DNA from: a virus
Taxonomy: Duplodnaviria > Heunggongvirae > Uroviricota > Caudoviricetes
Virus record (IMG/VR): IMGVR_UViG_3300029548_000183
Reading direction: 5' to 3' (one strand)
Length of the DNA stretch: 64,000 bases
Shown here: in pieces, positions 1 through 9,303 of the stretch
Position numbering within the stretch: position 1 is the first letter of the stretch
Layout: each line of letters begins with the position of its first letter
Program-made: the position numbers and the translations under genes
The notes under the pieces: model-generated
What the model was told of the DNA's origin: nothing
Database searches by the model: none
What the model saw: only the letters and a program-made list of their open reading frames with translations

Positions 1-1
1 T

Positions 2-133
2 GTTAACATTAAAAAATCTCCAAATGATAAAAAATCAATAATTAAGTATACGGTAAAAAAGAAACCACAAATATCTGACTATTTATTTTGGTTGCCGAGA
101 ATCAAAAAAGCAACGGTTTATGTAATTTATGAT
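2..133 (+). CDS. possible 3' end of an upstream ORF (partial at window edge)
   Basis: Frame open from window edge to TAA at 131-133; no other support. Confidence 0.15.
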
Positions 134-354
134 TAAATACCATACATATAACAGAATATACGAATAATATTGTGAACTACCACACACCTAAAGGTATGTG
201 GATTTACGGCTGATTATTATATAAAAGTGTATGCATACTTACTTACTTTTGTAATCCTACAAACTCAAAAAATCATACATATTACAATTGGGAACAAAGT
301 AACAATAACAACTAATTTATTTAATATTTAAATTTCAGAAAGGAATAAGGAGCA

Positions 355-789
355 ATGGTTAATTCTATAAAAAAAACATATATTAAAATAGATTCAAAAG
401 CAATAAAAGCATTGGAAAAAGAGAAAAAGAAGGAATTAGTAATATGTAAAATAGTTTATGGCATCATATTAGTAATAGGTATTACAGCTATTGTTGACTT
501 AATATTCTTTTCATCTTTTCTTTTCATGTTAATAGAAATGGCAGTCGTTGTATTATTTCTTCCAGTTTCAGAGAGACCCTCGGATTTATATTATTTTGTA
601 GATAATATTAAAGAAGCATCTCAAAACAATAATCAGATATACATAGATGTAGAAAGTAAAGAAGTAACATATAACAAAAACAAAGATTATTACGAGTCGA
701 CCAAATTGCCAGATTACGAATTAAGATATTGGGAAAAAGAAACTGATGAATTATCTTTAGATAATGAAATTTCATACGAATGTATATAA
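355..789 (+). CDS. small membrane protein (KALEKEKKK segment, one TM helix, C-terminal domain)
   Basis: RBS GGAATAAGGAG upstream of ATG 355; hydrophobic core. Paralogous to the frameshifted locus 2228-2736. Confidence 0.5.
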   Translation: MVNSIKKTYIKIDSKAIKALEKEKKKELVICKIVYGIILVIGITAIVDLIFFSSFLFMLIEMAVVVLFLPVSERPSDLYYFVDNIKEASQNNNQIYIDVESKEVTYNKNKDYYESTKLPDYELRYWEKETDELSLDNEISYECI

Positions 790-802
790 GGAGGAAAATA
801 CT

Positions 803-1819
803 ATGGATTTTATACCAACAAAGAAACATACTGAAGTATCTTTAGAACAAGGTCTATCTTTACTAAAATCAAAAGAAATCGATAAACTTTATTTAGATGG
901 TTTATGTGCTAATGAATATATTTATTATGATAAGGATAAAGGCTTCTGCTATGAAGATGGTTGCGTGATTGGGAAAACAATTATTAATACTTATGAAAGG
1001 CTTAATGAATTAGAATGGATTGCAAACAGCAATTTCTATGTTGAAAACATAAAAAACAATATAGAAGATAAACATCTAATAGTGGGAATAGTTATGAAAC
1101 CATTTTTATTATCTCAACTTACAGGAAGTATATGGGATGATTTGTATGTTAAACAAAATTTTGCTGATATTTTAGCCAGATTTAATACAAATTGCATTGG
1201 AATTATTCCACAAGGTATCTTTTTGGATAGATTAAATAGCAATGATACTGATTTATCTATAGATAAAGACTTAACTCAAAATCAGAAAAGGTTTTTGATT
1301 GAACAAATAAATTTGTGTGATGGATTAATATTACAAGGAGGCCTTTCGTCTCACAAATATGAAATCTTTATAGTTCAATATGCAATTGAAAATAATATTC
1401 CAATTATTGGTATTTGTGCAGGTTTTAACAACATTGCAAGAGCTATTGGAACAGAAGTTGAATATGATAAAGATCTTTCAAAAAAACATGATATATATGA
1501 TAAAAAACAATGTCACAATATTTATATTAAAGATAATGCTGACATACTATCAGTTAAAGAATTGTCAAAAAGAATAATACCTGTTAATAGTATTCATACA
1601 ATTACACTTAGTTCATCTGAAGCATATTTGAATAACAGAATAAATGTTGAAGCTGTTTCAAAAGAGAAAGGACTTTGGGGTATTTCATATGAAACAGTTG
1701 AGGCTTTTTCTGTAAAATATACAAAATTTTGTTTAGCTATAAAATGGCATCCTGAACTATTGCCAAATGACGAAATAACAAATTTAATATTCAAAAAATT
1801 TGTTAAATCAATGAAATAA
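803..1819 (+). CDS. class I glutamine amidotransferase-like / peptidase C26 family hydrolase
   Basis: RBS AAGGAGG 7 nt before ATG 803. GICAGF nucleophile-elbow motif and downstream W-H-P-E motif, typical of C26 gamma-glutamyl hydrolase-like domains. Confidence 0.55.
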   Translation: MDFIPTKKHTEVSLEQGLSLLKSKEIDKLYLDGLCANEYIYYDKDKGFCYEDGCVIGKTIINTYERLNELEWIANSNFYVENIKNNIEDKHLIVGIVMKPFLLSQLTGSIWDDLYVKQNFADILARFNTNCIGIIPQGIFLDRLNSNDTDLSIDKDLTQNQKRFLIEQINLCDGLILQGGLSSHKYEIFIVQYAIENNIPIIGICAGFNNIARAIGTEVEYDKDLSKKHDIYDKKQCHNIYIKDNADILSVKELSKRIIPVNSIHTITLSSSEAYLNNRINVEAVSKEKGLWGISYETVEAFSVKYTKFCLAIKWHPELLPNDEITNLIFKKFVKSMK

Positions 1820-1947
1820 TCAACAGATTTGGTAAAAATAACACAAAGACAGAGCCCATAGATAAATGTATATGTGCCTTATGAAAATAAAAAGATAAGT
1901 AAAGAATCAATAAAAGATTTTTTTATGACTGCAAGGAGGAAATAAAA

Positions 1948-2170
1948 CGAGTCGACCAAATTGCCAGATTACGAATTAAGATATTGGGAAAAAGAAACTG
2001 ATGAATTATCTTTAGAAGTAGACAAAAATAATGATGTTCACCTATATTGGACAACTCCGATTTCAAATAAAGTGAAAGATAACGAAGCTAAATTAACTAA
2101 AACAACCATTAATCAGGTTTCTTTGCCGCAAACTCCTAACCCAGAAGTGGTTAATGAATCTTTCAAATAA
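1948..2170 (+). pseudogene. gene fragment carrying a duplicated ~70-bp module of ORF 355-789
   Basis: nt 1948-2017 almost identical to nt 693-762 (encodes ..TKLPDYELRYWEKETDELSL..). No ATG start; only a TTG at 1961, poorly spaced from the RBS. Confidence 0.3.
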
Positions 2171-2227
2171 AACATAAATAAAAATTGGAACTTAGTTCCG
2201 ATTTTACTATTAAAAGGAGGATTTGCA

Positions 2228-2736
2228 ATGGAATATGGAATAAGAAAATTAACTGTAACATTAGATCCTAAAGTGATAAAAAGCTTAGAAGAAAAAGAGA
2301 AAAAAATAAAATAAAAGAAGATGCTGTTATAGGGATTATGATAATCTTGATTTTAGGATTTGTAATAGTGAATGTTTTTCCAAGTACTAAAAAAGCAGAA
2401 TGTATTTTATGTATTGGACTTGTTGTTTTACCTGTAATAATAGCTACTAGCTGTAATCCAGAAAATACTGAACTATATATATTTTTAAGAGATATCAAAG
2501 CTGCTTTACAAAAATATGGATGGCTATATGTAGATGTAGTAGATAATACTATATTGGTTGAAGAAGACAGTAGAGATTATGACTATTGTGAAATTACATC
2601 CATTCCCGAATGGTGTGAAATTAATTATTGGGACAGTACAATTAACGAAATATCCGTTAAGATAGATAAGAAGAATAAAGTAAAAATATATTGGAATAAA
2701 CCAAAATCTGAAAAGTCTGTTATACTAGACCGTTAA
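2228..2736 (+). pseudogene. frameshifted paralog of ORF 355-789 (two frames joined across an A-run near 2297-2312)
   Basis: ATG 2228 with RBS AAAGGAGGA. Frame A encodes MEYGIRKL..KSLEEKEKKIK then a stop at 2312. The similarity to ORF 355 continues in frame +2 (..EKNKIKEDAVIGIMIILILGFVIV..) up to the stop at 2736. Confidence 0.4.
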
Positions 2737-2762
2737 TATGGAGCTCGGAAAGGAGGATTTAA

Positions 2763-3380
2763 ATGGAATGTGAAGAAAAACAATATATAAAAATATCAAA
2801 TAAAAGATTAATATTAAGGCTTGTAATTATGATAAGTATACTACTTGCTTTTGCTTATTATGTTTACACTAATTCAAATATTTTTAATACTAAGCTGGCG
2901 TACCAAACTATTTCCAGTTCAGACTTGTATGAAATTGGGAAAACAAAAGTGATTAAGGAAAGAGGTAAGACTCCTTTTTATAAGGTTGAAATTAAGAATT
3001 TTGGAAACGTGACATTACCTGAATCCACATATAACAAATATATTGGAAATAAGTACAACGCCATTAGAATTAATGAAGAAAAACTCAGTATATATATAGA
3101 CGAAAGCTATTTAATTGAAAGTTCTTTTTCAACATGTACAGAAAGAAGCGTTAAAAGAGTATCATATCCATGGGATGCAAAACAAGCTCAAAAATTTACT
3201 AATAAAGAAATAAAAGAAACAATCAGTATTATAAAAAAAATAGGGATTAATGAAGATAAATGGCATGATGCAAATTTGCCATATGAATACACTAATAAAT
3301 ATTGTATATATCGTGGTTATTTTAATGGCTATAATGTTAACAAAGATATTTCAAACGGAAAAATAATTAAGTGTGATTAA
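2763..3380 (+). CDS. hypothetical membrane-anchored protein
   Basis: RBS AGGAGGA 6 nt before ATG; N-terminal TM helix. Confidence 0.5.
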   Translation: MECEEKQYIKISNKRLILRLVIMISILLAFAYYVYTNSNIFNTKLAYQTISSSDLYEIGKTKVIKERGKTPFYKVEIKNFGNVTLPESTYNKYIGNKYNAIRINEEKLSIYIDESYLIESSFSTCTERSVKRVSYPWDAKQAQKFTNKEIKETISIIKKIGINEDKWHDANLPYEYTNKYCIYRGYFNGYNVNKDISNGKIIKCD

Positions 3381-3475
3381 GATACATAATTTTACACCGA
3401 AATCAATAGTGAAATTTTATTATAGTATAATATTAATAGATAAGAAAATTATTTAGTAAAAAGGAGGAAACAGGT

Positions 3476-3625
3476 ATGTTAATAGTAATTTTAGGATTTG
3501 TAATTGGGGTTATAATAGCAATTAAAGCTTTTAATTCTTTGTTTACAGGGGACCCCAATGCAAAAATGTACTGTATAATGATAGATATTTTAACGGGATG
3601 TCTGATTACAAAATGCTGTGACTGA
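3476..3625 (+). CDS. small hydrophobic peptide (49 aa)
   Basis: RBS AAAGGAGGAAA before ATG 3476; N-terminus ILGFVIGVIIA resembles the TM segment of ORF 2338. Confidence 0.3.
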   Translation: MLIVILGFVIGVIIAIKAFNSLFTGDPNAKMYCIMIDILTGCLITKCCD

Positions 3626-4241
3626 TAAAAGTAAGATAGATTGGGAATATTTAGAGAAATGTATTTCCGAATCAAAAGCACCTACCATTAATCTATCCGG
3701 TAGTGGTGATCCATTTTATAATTGGCAGGATAATATTGATTTTTATAATCACATATATGAATTAGCTACAAAATATGGAAAGAAATTAGATATACATACT
3801 CGTATTCTTCCTACAGATATGGATTTAATTAAAAAGTTCAGGAAAATTGCTTTAAGTATTGAGTCTTATGATGAAGAAGCAATGAAAAGACTACAGGCTA
3901 TGCTGCTGGAAATTACAAAGACTACTAAGGTAAGGGTAATTAATGTATTAAATGAGAGAATGACCACCGAGGATTGTCTTGATTACATAAACAAAATGCA
4001 TAGTATTGGTGTTGAGCAGATTACTTTTAGACAAATGTTTGGTAATAAAAATGCATATCAAAATTTCTTAAAAATCAAAGATACTATTAATATTCCAGGC
4101 GTCATGTTTTTGCCTGATGATGAATACCACAATTACTATTTTACAACTAATAACACACTTTATCCATATTTCTTTGGCTATACAGAACATGGAAAAAGAA
4201 ACGCAGGATATAAATTAAAAAGTTGGATGAAAGATTGTTAG
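3618..4241 (+). CDS. hypothetical protein. The SGSGDP segment is reminiscent of the GGE motif of radical-SAM activases, but no CxxxCxxC is present
   Basis: Long ORF with only a GTG start at 3618; the N-terminus may be truncated. Confidence 0.35.
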   Translation: MTDKSKIDWEYLEKCISESKAPTINLSGSGDPFYNWQDNIDFYNHIYELATKYGKKLDIHTRILPTDMDLIKKFRKIALSIESYDEEAMKRLQAMLLEITKTTKVRVINVLNERMTTEDCLDYINKMHSIGVEQITFRQMFGNKNAYQNFLKIKDTINIPGVMFLPDDEYHNYYFTTNNTLYPYFFGYTEHGKRNAGYKLKSWMKDC

Positions 4242-4253
4242 GAGATAAATTAT

Positions 4254-4775
4254 ATGACAAATTTTTATATAGCAGATACTCATTTTGGACACGATAATAT
4301 ACGAAGATTATCGCATAGACCATTTAACAGTATCGAAGAAATGGACAAAACAATTATTAATAATTGGAATAATAAAGTGAAACCAAGTGATGATGTTTAT
4401 ATTTTAGGAGACTTTACATACAAAGGTAAAGACTATAAACATTACCTAAAACAATTAAATGGTAAAAAGCATTTAATCATTGGGAATCACGATTCAAGAA
4501 CAGTAAGAGAAAGCAGAGGAACTAATGATTTTGTAGAAGTAAAACAAATGCTGGAAATTAATGATAATGGACACAGAATTGTGCTTTGTCATTATCCATT
4601 AGTTGAGTGGAACGGCTATTACAGAGGTACATATCATTTTTATGGACATGTACATAACAATTATCATAATGAAACCACCAGCTATGCTAAGGGTATGCAT
4701 AATGCATTTAATGTGGGAGTAGATGTAATTGGATTTACACCTTGCACATTCGATGAAATTGTAAATAAGAATTAA
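4254..4775 (+). CDS. calcineurin-like metallophosphoesterase
   Basis: Motifs DTHFGH, GDF, GNHD and GHVH in canonical order; RBS GGAGAT before ATG. Confidence 0.8.
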   Translation: MTNFYIADTHFGHDNIRRLSHRPFNSIEEMDKTIINNWNNKVKPSDDVYILGDFTYKGKDYKHYLKQLNGKKHLIIGNHDSRTVRESRGTNDFVEVKQMLEINDNGHRIVLCHYPLVEWNGYYRGTYHFYGHVHNNYHNETTSYAKGMHNAFNVGVDVIGFTPCTFDEIVNKN

Positions 4776-4796
4776 AAAAAATAATAAGGAGATTAT

Positions 4797-5570
4797 ATGC
4801 AAAAATTAAACAGATTCATACTAGAAAAATCGTATAACGATATAGAAATCAATATGATTAAAGAAAAATTAGATAAAAATTCATATATGTATGATTATTC
4901 CTTAATAGATAATGCAGATATTCCATCATTTGTTAAAAATGATACAGATATACCTGTGGGAAGCATACAGTTTGTAGAAAAATATTTAAATATAAAAGAA
5001 AATCCAATAGAACTACCTCCTTATTTAAGGACTGATGAATTTTTGAAAAGAGATTATAAATTTGTAACATGGGATAAAGTACCAAGACAGGGTATGTTTT
5101 TCCTTAAAGACGTTACTAATTTAAAGGAGTTCAGCAAAGTAGTAAATGCTGAATTTGAGGTAAATGATGAATTGTGGAATTATGAAAGAAAAAATGAGTT
5201 CGATAACACTTTAGTCTTAGATAAAAATGCAACTTATTTGGTTAGTAGCACATTTCCTATACTTTCTGAATATAGAGTGTATGTTTTTCAGGGAGAAATA
5301 GATACCATATCTTTATACAATGGTGATGCAACTGTATTGCCGGATATGGATTTAATAAAGAAAGCTGTTTACTTAATTAATAACAATGAAGAATATTTGG
5401 ATTCATATACCATAGATGTAATGGTAGGAAAAGAAGGCACAGCATTAATAGAAGTACATAATTTTACATCCTGTGGCTTGTATTCAACATTATGGGGTAA
5501 TAATCTGTTAACAGCATATAAAGATGGAATAAAATATCTAAAGAAAGATAATCATAAATTAGAAATTTAA
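4797..5570 (+). CDS. putative ATP-grasp-like enzyme
   Basis: RBS AAGGAGA before ATG. The C-terminal ..GTALIEVHNF.. segment resembles the ATP-grasp fold core; weak call. Confidence 0.35.
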   Translation: MQKLNRFILEKSYNDIEINMIKEKLDKNSYMYDYSLIDNADIPSFVKNDTDIPVGSIQFVEKYLNIKENPIELPPYLRTDEFLKRDYKFVTWDKVPRQGMFFLKDVTNLKEFSKVVNAEFEVNDELWNYERKNEFDNTLVLDKNATYLVSSTFPILSEYRVYVFQGEIDTISLYNGDATVLPDMDLIKKAVYLINNNEEYLDSYTIDVMVGKEGTALIEVHNFTSCGLYSTLWGNNLLTAYKDGIKYLKKDNHKLEI

Positions 5571-5586
5571 AAGTAAAAGGAGATAT

Positions 5587-5904
5587 ATGATGATACTTAC
5601 AATTAGATTTGTTGACACAACAGAATCAAAAAATCCTGCTGTACTTACTCTGTGTAACTTGGAAATCAAGACAAATGATGAGGAGACAGTTAAGGACTCA
5701 TATCAAAAATTAATACCTAAGGTACACAATCAAAACTTTTCCGGAAATGCAGCAATGCTGTTACAGGAAGTTACAACCTTGGTGATGTCAGAAAATCCTG
5801 ACATGGTTTTACTGTCAGTTAATGATGATCCAAAGAAGTGTAGCAAGACTCATTTTTTGGATGTTGAGTTAACAAGAAAAACAAATAATCCATATACATC
5901 TTAA
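5587..5904 (+). CDS. hypothetical protein
   Basis: RBS AAAGGAGAT before ATG. Confidence 0.45.
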   Translation: MMILTIRFVDTTESKNPAVLTLCNLEIKTNDEETVKDSYQKLIPKVHNQNFSGNAAMLLQEVTTLVMSENPDMVLLSVNDDPKKCSKTHFLDVELTRKTNNPYTS

Positions 5905-5925
5905 GAAAAGAAAGGAACGAGAAAA

Positions 5926-6135
5926 ATGCAAAAAGACAGCATGAAAGAATTGCAAAATGAAAGATTAAATACAAAGAAAAAAGAAATAGTTAGTAGGCAG
6001 AATGCATTGGAGATATATTGGCAGAACAACAAGGATAAGCCACTGGTTGAGAAAAATGCAATAAACGAACTGCTCATATTAATGCAATTAAAATCAGAGG
6101 TTGAAGAGTTGGAAAATTATTTGAAAATGTTGTAG
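5926..6135 (+). CDS. hypothetical coiled-coil protein
   Basis: RBS AAAGGAACGAG before ATG. Confidence 0.4.
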   Translation: MQKDSMKELQNERLNTKKKEIVSRQNALEIYWQNNKDKPLVEKNAINELLILMQLKSEVEELENYLKML

Positions 6136-6190
6136 AAAAAATTGAAAAAAATATAATAAAAGCAGAAACTCATCAAAAAAAGCATCAAAA

Positions 6191-6620
6191 ACACAGTTGC
6201 AAAAAATGGTGATTTTTGGCATTATGATATTATAATTGCAACAAGAGAGGAAATGTTCCACCAATCCGAATCACCACCCCGGATATTACTTTCTTCTCTT
6301 GTAAAAATACAAGAGGAAAAATAGTTAAAAAGTTAATTTTTCATTTAATAATTTCTTTCTTATAAATATATAAAACAGCTGCCGGTCCTCTTGGGCAGTT
6401 GGAACCGTGGAATCATTGTTTTGACAAACTTACATGACTCATCCCCCAATAAACGCTCTCATGTAAGTGCCGGCTCATCCCGGCTGATTCCAATAGACAA
6501 GGCAAAACTTGTCATGAGTGGCAGCAAAGAGACACTCCTTAACTCTTTGCAAACTCCTATTATTATTTAGACGAACGGATAAGAAAAAGATCATGGTAGC
6601 CACTCCCATGGTCTTTTTTA
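6191..6620 (+). ncRNA. candidate structured non-coding RNA (paralog of the 41617-42215 region)
   Basis: No ORF. Starts with the shared motif AAAAACACAGTTGCAAAAAAT. Shares blocks AAATACAAGAGGA, CCTCTTGGGCAGTTG..GAATCATTG and the hairpin module GTGCCGGCTCATCCCGGCTGATTCCA with 41745-42215. Confidence 0.3.
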
Positions 6621-6728
6621 TGTAAAAAAAAGGAATATTATTCTTCTTTTTTATCTCTTTTTTAAAAAAATCCATATTAAACATATAAAAATAAAAATTG
6701 GAGTTTAAACATGAAAGGAGATACAAAA

Positions 6729-7037
6729 ATGGTTAGATCAAGATATTTTAATGTGGGAGAGGTCTTCGTAACAAAAAGCATAAATGAATTAATTAAGTCA
6801 GACATGCCTTTTAACAAAGCCATTAACAGTGCTTTAACAAAATTTGTAAACAAGGACTGGGGTATTCTTTGTGATGAGGACAAAGCTCTTAATGATGAAG
6901 CTCTTAAACATCCTGATGATCTGTACATTCTTGCTGCATATGAAACACCAAAAGGTAAGGTATACATCATTACAAACAGAAAATCAGAAGAGCCTGGTGA
7001 CAATGTAACCACAATCTGTTTTCCTGATGAGAGATAA
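6729..7037 (+). CDS. hypothetical protein
   Basis: RBS AAAGGAGAT 8 nt before ATG 6729. Confidence 0.5.
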   Translation: MVRSRYFNVGEVFVTKSINELIKSDMPFNKAINSALTKFVNKDWGILCDEDKALNDEALKHPDDLYILAAYETPKGKVYIITNRKSEEPGDNVTTICFPDER

Positions 7038-7049
7038 GAATAAAAAATC

Positions 7050-7078
7050 AGAGTCACATCTTGTGGCTCTCTTTTTTA
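7050..7078 (+). terminator. intrinsic terminator (AGAGTCAC-loop-GTGGCTCT plus T-run family)
   Basis: 8-bp stem with one G-U pair followed by TCTTTTTT. Confidence 0.6.
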
Positions 7079-7094
7079 TGTATTAAAAAAAAAC

Positions 7095-7110
7095 AACCAT
7101 ATTATAAATG
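7095..7110 (+). promoter_or_regulatory. conserved promoter-proximal motif AACCATATTATAAATG
   Basis: One of more than 20 near-identical copies. Each lies 20-60 nt after a terminator and 20-70 nt before an RBS, always on the same strand as the downstream gene. Confidence 0.5.
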
Positions 7111-7150
7111 TATCTATTAATAACAGGAGCTTTAAGAAAGGAGAAAAGAG

Positions 7151-7393
7151 ATGGAAAAGTTCTATTTTACATTTGGAAGCAGTAGTCAGTTTCCATATCA
7201 TGGAGGTTATTTAATTGTAAAAGCAGATGACAGGAATGATGCCATTGAAAAATACAGAAAGAAATATCCTGATGTGAATGAAAATACTGTGAACTGTGCA
7301 TTCATCTATTCAGAAAAAGAATGGAACAATTTTTTGGAATGGTGTGAGTGTTTAAGCATTGGAAGAGAAACATGCCATGAGGTAATTGAATAA
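7151..7393 (+). CDS. hypothetical protein
   Basis: RBS AAAGGAGAAAAG before ATG. Confidence 0.5.
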   Translation: MEKFYFTFGSSSQFPYHGGYLIVKADDRNDAIEKYRKKYPDVNENTVNCAFIYSEKEWNNFLEWCECLSIGRETCHEVIE

Positions 7394-7411
7394 AAAAAGG
7401 AGAAAAAAGAA

Positions 7412-8344
7412 ATGGTAAATAGCATTATGTTTTTAATTGGAGCAGGTATTATTATTTTCACTCTTGTTAAAAGAATTATAAGCAAAGTTGGAACGGGCTA
7501 TAATGATGAAAAAAAGACAAAGGTTAAAATTACAGGATACATTGTGGGATTAATTGTGATTATTCTGTCATCAAGTTTTGTAATTATTCCTACGGGATAC
7601 ACTGGCATTAAAAAGACGTTTGGCCAGATAAGTAAAAATACATTACCTAATGGATTTAACTTTAAGGTGCCCGTTGTTCAGACAGTTGAAAAAATTAACA
7701 ACAAACAGCAGGACATATCATTTGAAGACACAACAATTTCGTCAGAAACCAGTGAACGAAATGAAGTATTCTTTTCAGGCATTACGGTAACATTCAGAAT
7801 TAACCCTGAAAAATCAGCATGGATTGCAGCCAACATAAGTGATTATGAAAGCAATCTGTTGAATGAAGGATTGATTGGCTCGGCAATTAAGTCTGCTGCA
7901 AAAACATTGACTCCTATCGATGTAACAAATCGTGGCAAGATTGAGCCAATAGCACAGGAAAACATTCAGAATTCCATTAATGACAAATATGGCAAGGATG
8001 TAATCTACATAAACAAGGTTGTCATTAACAATGCAACATTCGACAAGGAATACAATGAAAAGATTGCAAAGAAACAGCAGGCTCAGATGGATTATGAAAA
8101 ACAGCAGATAGAAAACAAGAAGGAAATTGAAAAGGCAAGTGCAGAAGCTCAGGTTAAGAAGACAAAGGCTGAGGCAGATGCGGAAGCCACAAAGATAGCT
8201 GCTGATGCTGAAGCAGAAGCCAATAAAAAGATTTCCAATTCCATTACTGACAAGATAATTAATAACAAACTAGCAGAAGCAAGAATCAAGCATGGCTGGG
8301 TAACTGTATCTGGCAGTGACACTGTTGTAACTAATAATAAATAA
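7412..8344 (+). CDS. SPFH/band-7 (prohibitin-like) membrane protein
   Basis: N-terminal TM. GYTGIKKTFGQ..PNGFNFKVPVVQTV matches the SPFH core; C-terminal Ala/Glu/Lys-rich coiled coil. Confidence 0.75.
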   Translation: MVNSIMFLIGAGIIIFTLVKRIISKVGTGYNDEKKTKVKITGYIVGLIVIILSSSFVIIPTGYTGIKKTFGQISKNTLPNGFNFKVPVVQTVEKINNKQQDISFEDTTISSETSERNEVFFSGITVTFRINPEKSAWIAANISDYESNLLNEGLIGSAIKSAAKTLTPIDVTNRGKIEPIAQENIQNSINDKYGKDVIYINKVVINNATFDKEYNEKIAKKQQAQMDYEKQQIENKKEIEKASAEAQVKKTKAEADAEATKIAADAEAEANKKISNSITDKIINNKLAEARIKHGWVTVSGSDTVVTNNK

Positions 8345-8480
8345 CATTCCAAAATAAAAGAGATTCACAATAATGGCTCTTTATTTTTATTTAGCTGCAT
8401 ACTTTTATTTCTTGTATAAAAAAATCCATATTATTATTGTAACAAAAAATAATAGGAGATTAAGAAAGGAAAATAAATTA

Positions 8481-9182
8481 ATGAATAATTTAACTAAAAA
8501 ACTAATATTATTCGATTGGGGAAATGTTTTACTAAACAGTAATTCAGAAAAATATACAATCTATGATGCTAGAAATGATATTGCACTAGATTTAAAGCCT
8601 CAAAATGTCGAAATATTTGAATCAATGTTTAATGATAAATCTTTTTGGACGTCTAGTGGAACTAATCTTTCTAGTGTTATAACAAAGTATCTAAAATCCT
8701 CTGGATGCAAATGTTCAGTAGATGATTTTAAAAATTGTTATTTAAAACATTATCGTAAAGTACCATGGTTTTTAGAAATGAAGAACTTAATAAAAAAGAT
8801 AGCAATAGATCAACGATTTTGTATTGGCATATTATCAACATTATGTGAAATGGATATGGAATTATTAAGAGAAAATTTACCTTTAGATAAATTTAATTAT
8901 CGATTTTTTTCATTTAATTTAGGCATTCAAAAACCAGATCCTCAAATTTATGAAATTGTAGAAACAGTTACAGGACACTATGGAGAAAATATACTTTTCA
9001 TTGACGATTTAAAAGAAAACATTAATGTTGCTAAATCAAGAGGATGGAAAACTTTATTATCAACAGGTTTTGATTATGAAAAAATAGCTATTAAATGCTT
9101 TTCCTTTATGGAAATGAATTATGAAGAAGAACAATTTTTTGAATCATTAGCTTATGATAACATAATGTCATTTTTTGGATAA
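8481..9182 (+). CDS. HAD-superfamily hydrolase-like protein
   Basis: LILFDWGNVLL (motif I-like) and ILFIDDLKENI (motif IV-like). RBS AGGAGA before ATG 8481. Confidence 0.45.
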   Translation: MNNLTKKLILFDWGNVLLNSNSEKYTIYDARNDIALDLKPQNVEIFESMFNDKSFWTSSGTNLSSVITKYLKSSGCKCSVDDFKNCYLKHYRKVPWFLEMKNLIKKIAIDQRFCIGILSTLCEMDMELLRENLPLDKFNYRFFSFNLGIQKPDPQIYEIVETVTGHYGENILFIDDLKENINVAKSRGWKTLLSTGFDYEKIAIKCFSFMEMNYEEEQFFESLAYDNIMSFFG

Positions 9183-9209
9183 CATTGTTTTTAAGAAGAT
9201 TTATAAATT

Positions 9210-9236
9210 AGAGTCACCCCGGTGGCTCTTTTTTTA
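9210..9236 (+). terminator. intrinsic terminator (AGAGTCAC family)
   Basis: AGAGTCACCCCGGTGGCTCT followed by TTTTTT. Confidence 0.6.
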
Positions 9237-9303
9237 TGTCATTGAAAAATGTAACCATATTATAAATGTAAACATTAATAATGGGAGATTGGAGTAAATT
9301 ATT

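Noticed and set aside
1380-1794. Internal ORFs 1380-1577 (+) and 1594-1794 (-)
   Set aside because: Embedded in the well-supported GATase1/C26 gene in alternative frames; no RBS
3618-4241. Calling ORF 3618-4241 a radical-SAM enzyme
   Set aside because: Only a GGE-like SGSGDP segment is present and no CxxxCxxC cluster, so it is left as hypothetical
6191-6207. Reading ACACAGTTGCAAAAAAT as a simple TTGCAA -35 hexamer
   Set aside because: The distance to the nearest TATAAT-like hexamer differs between copies (about 17 to more than 24 nt), so a fixed -35/-10 geometry is not supported. It is kept as a finding of unknown function instead
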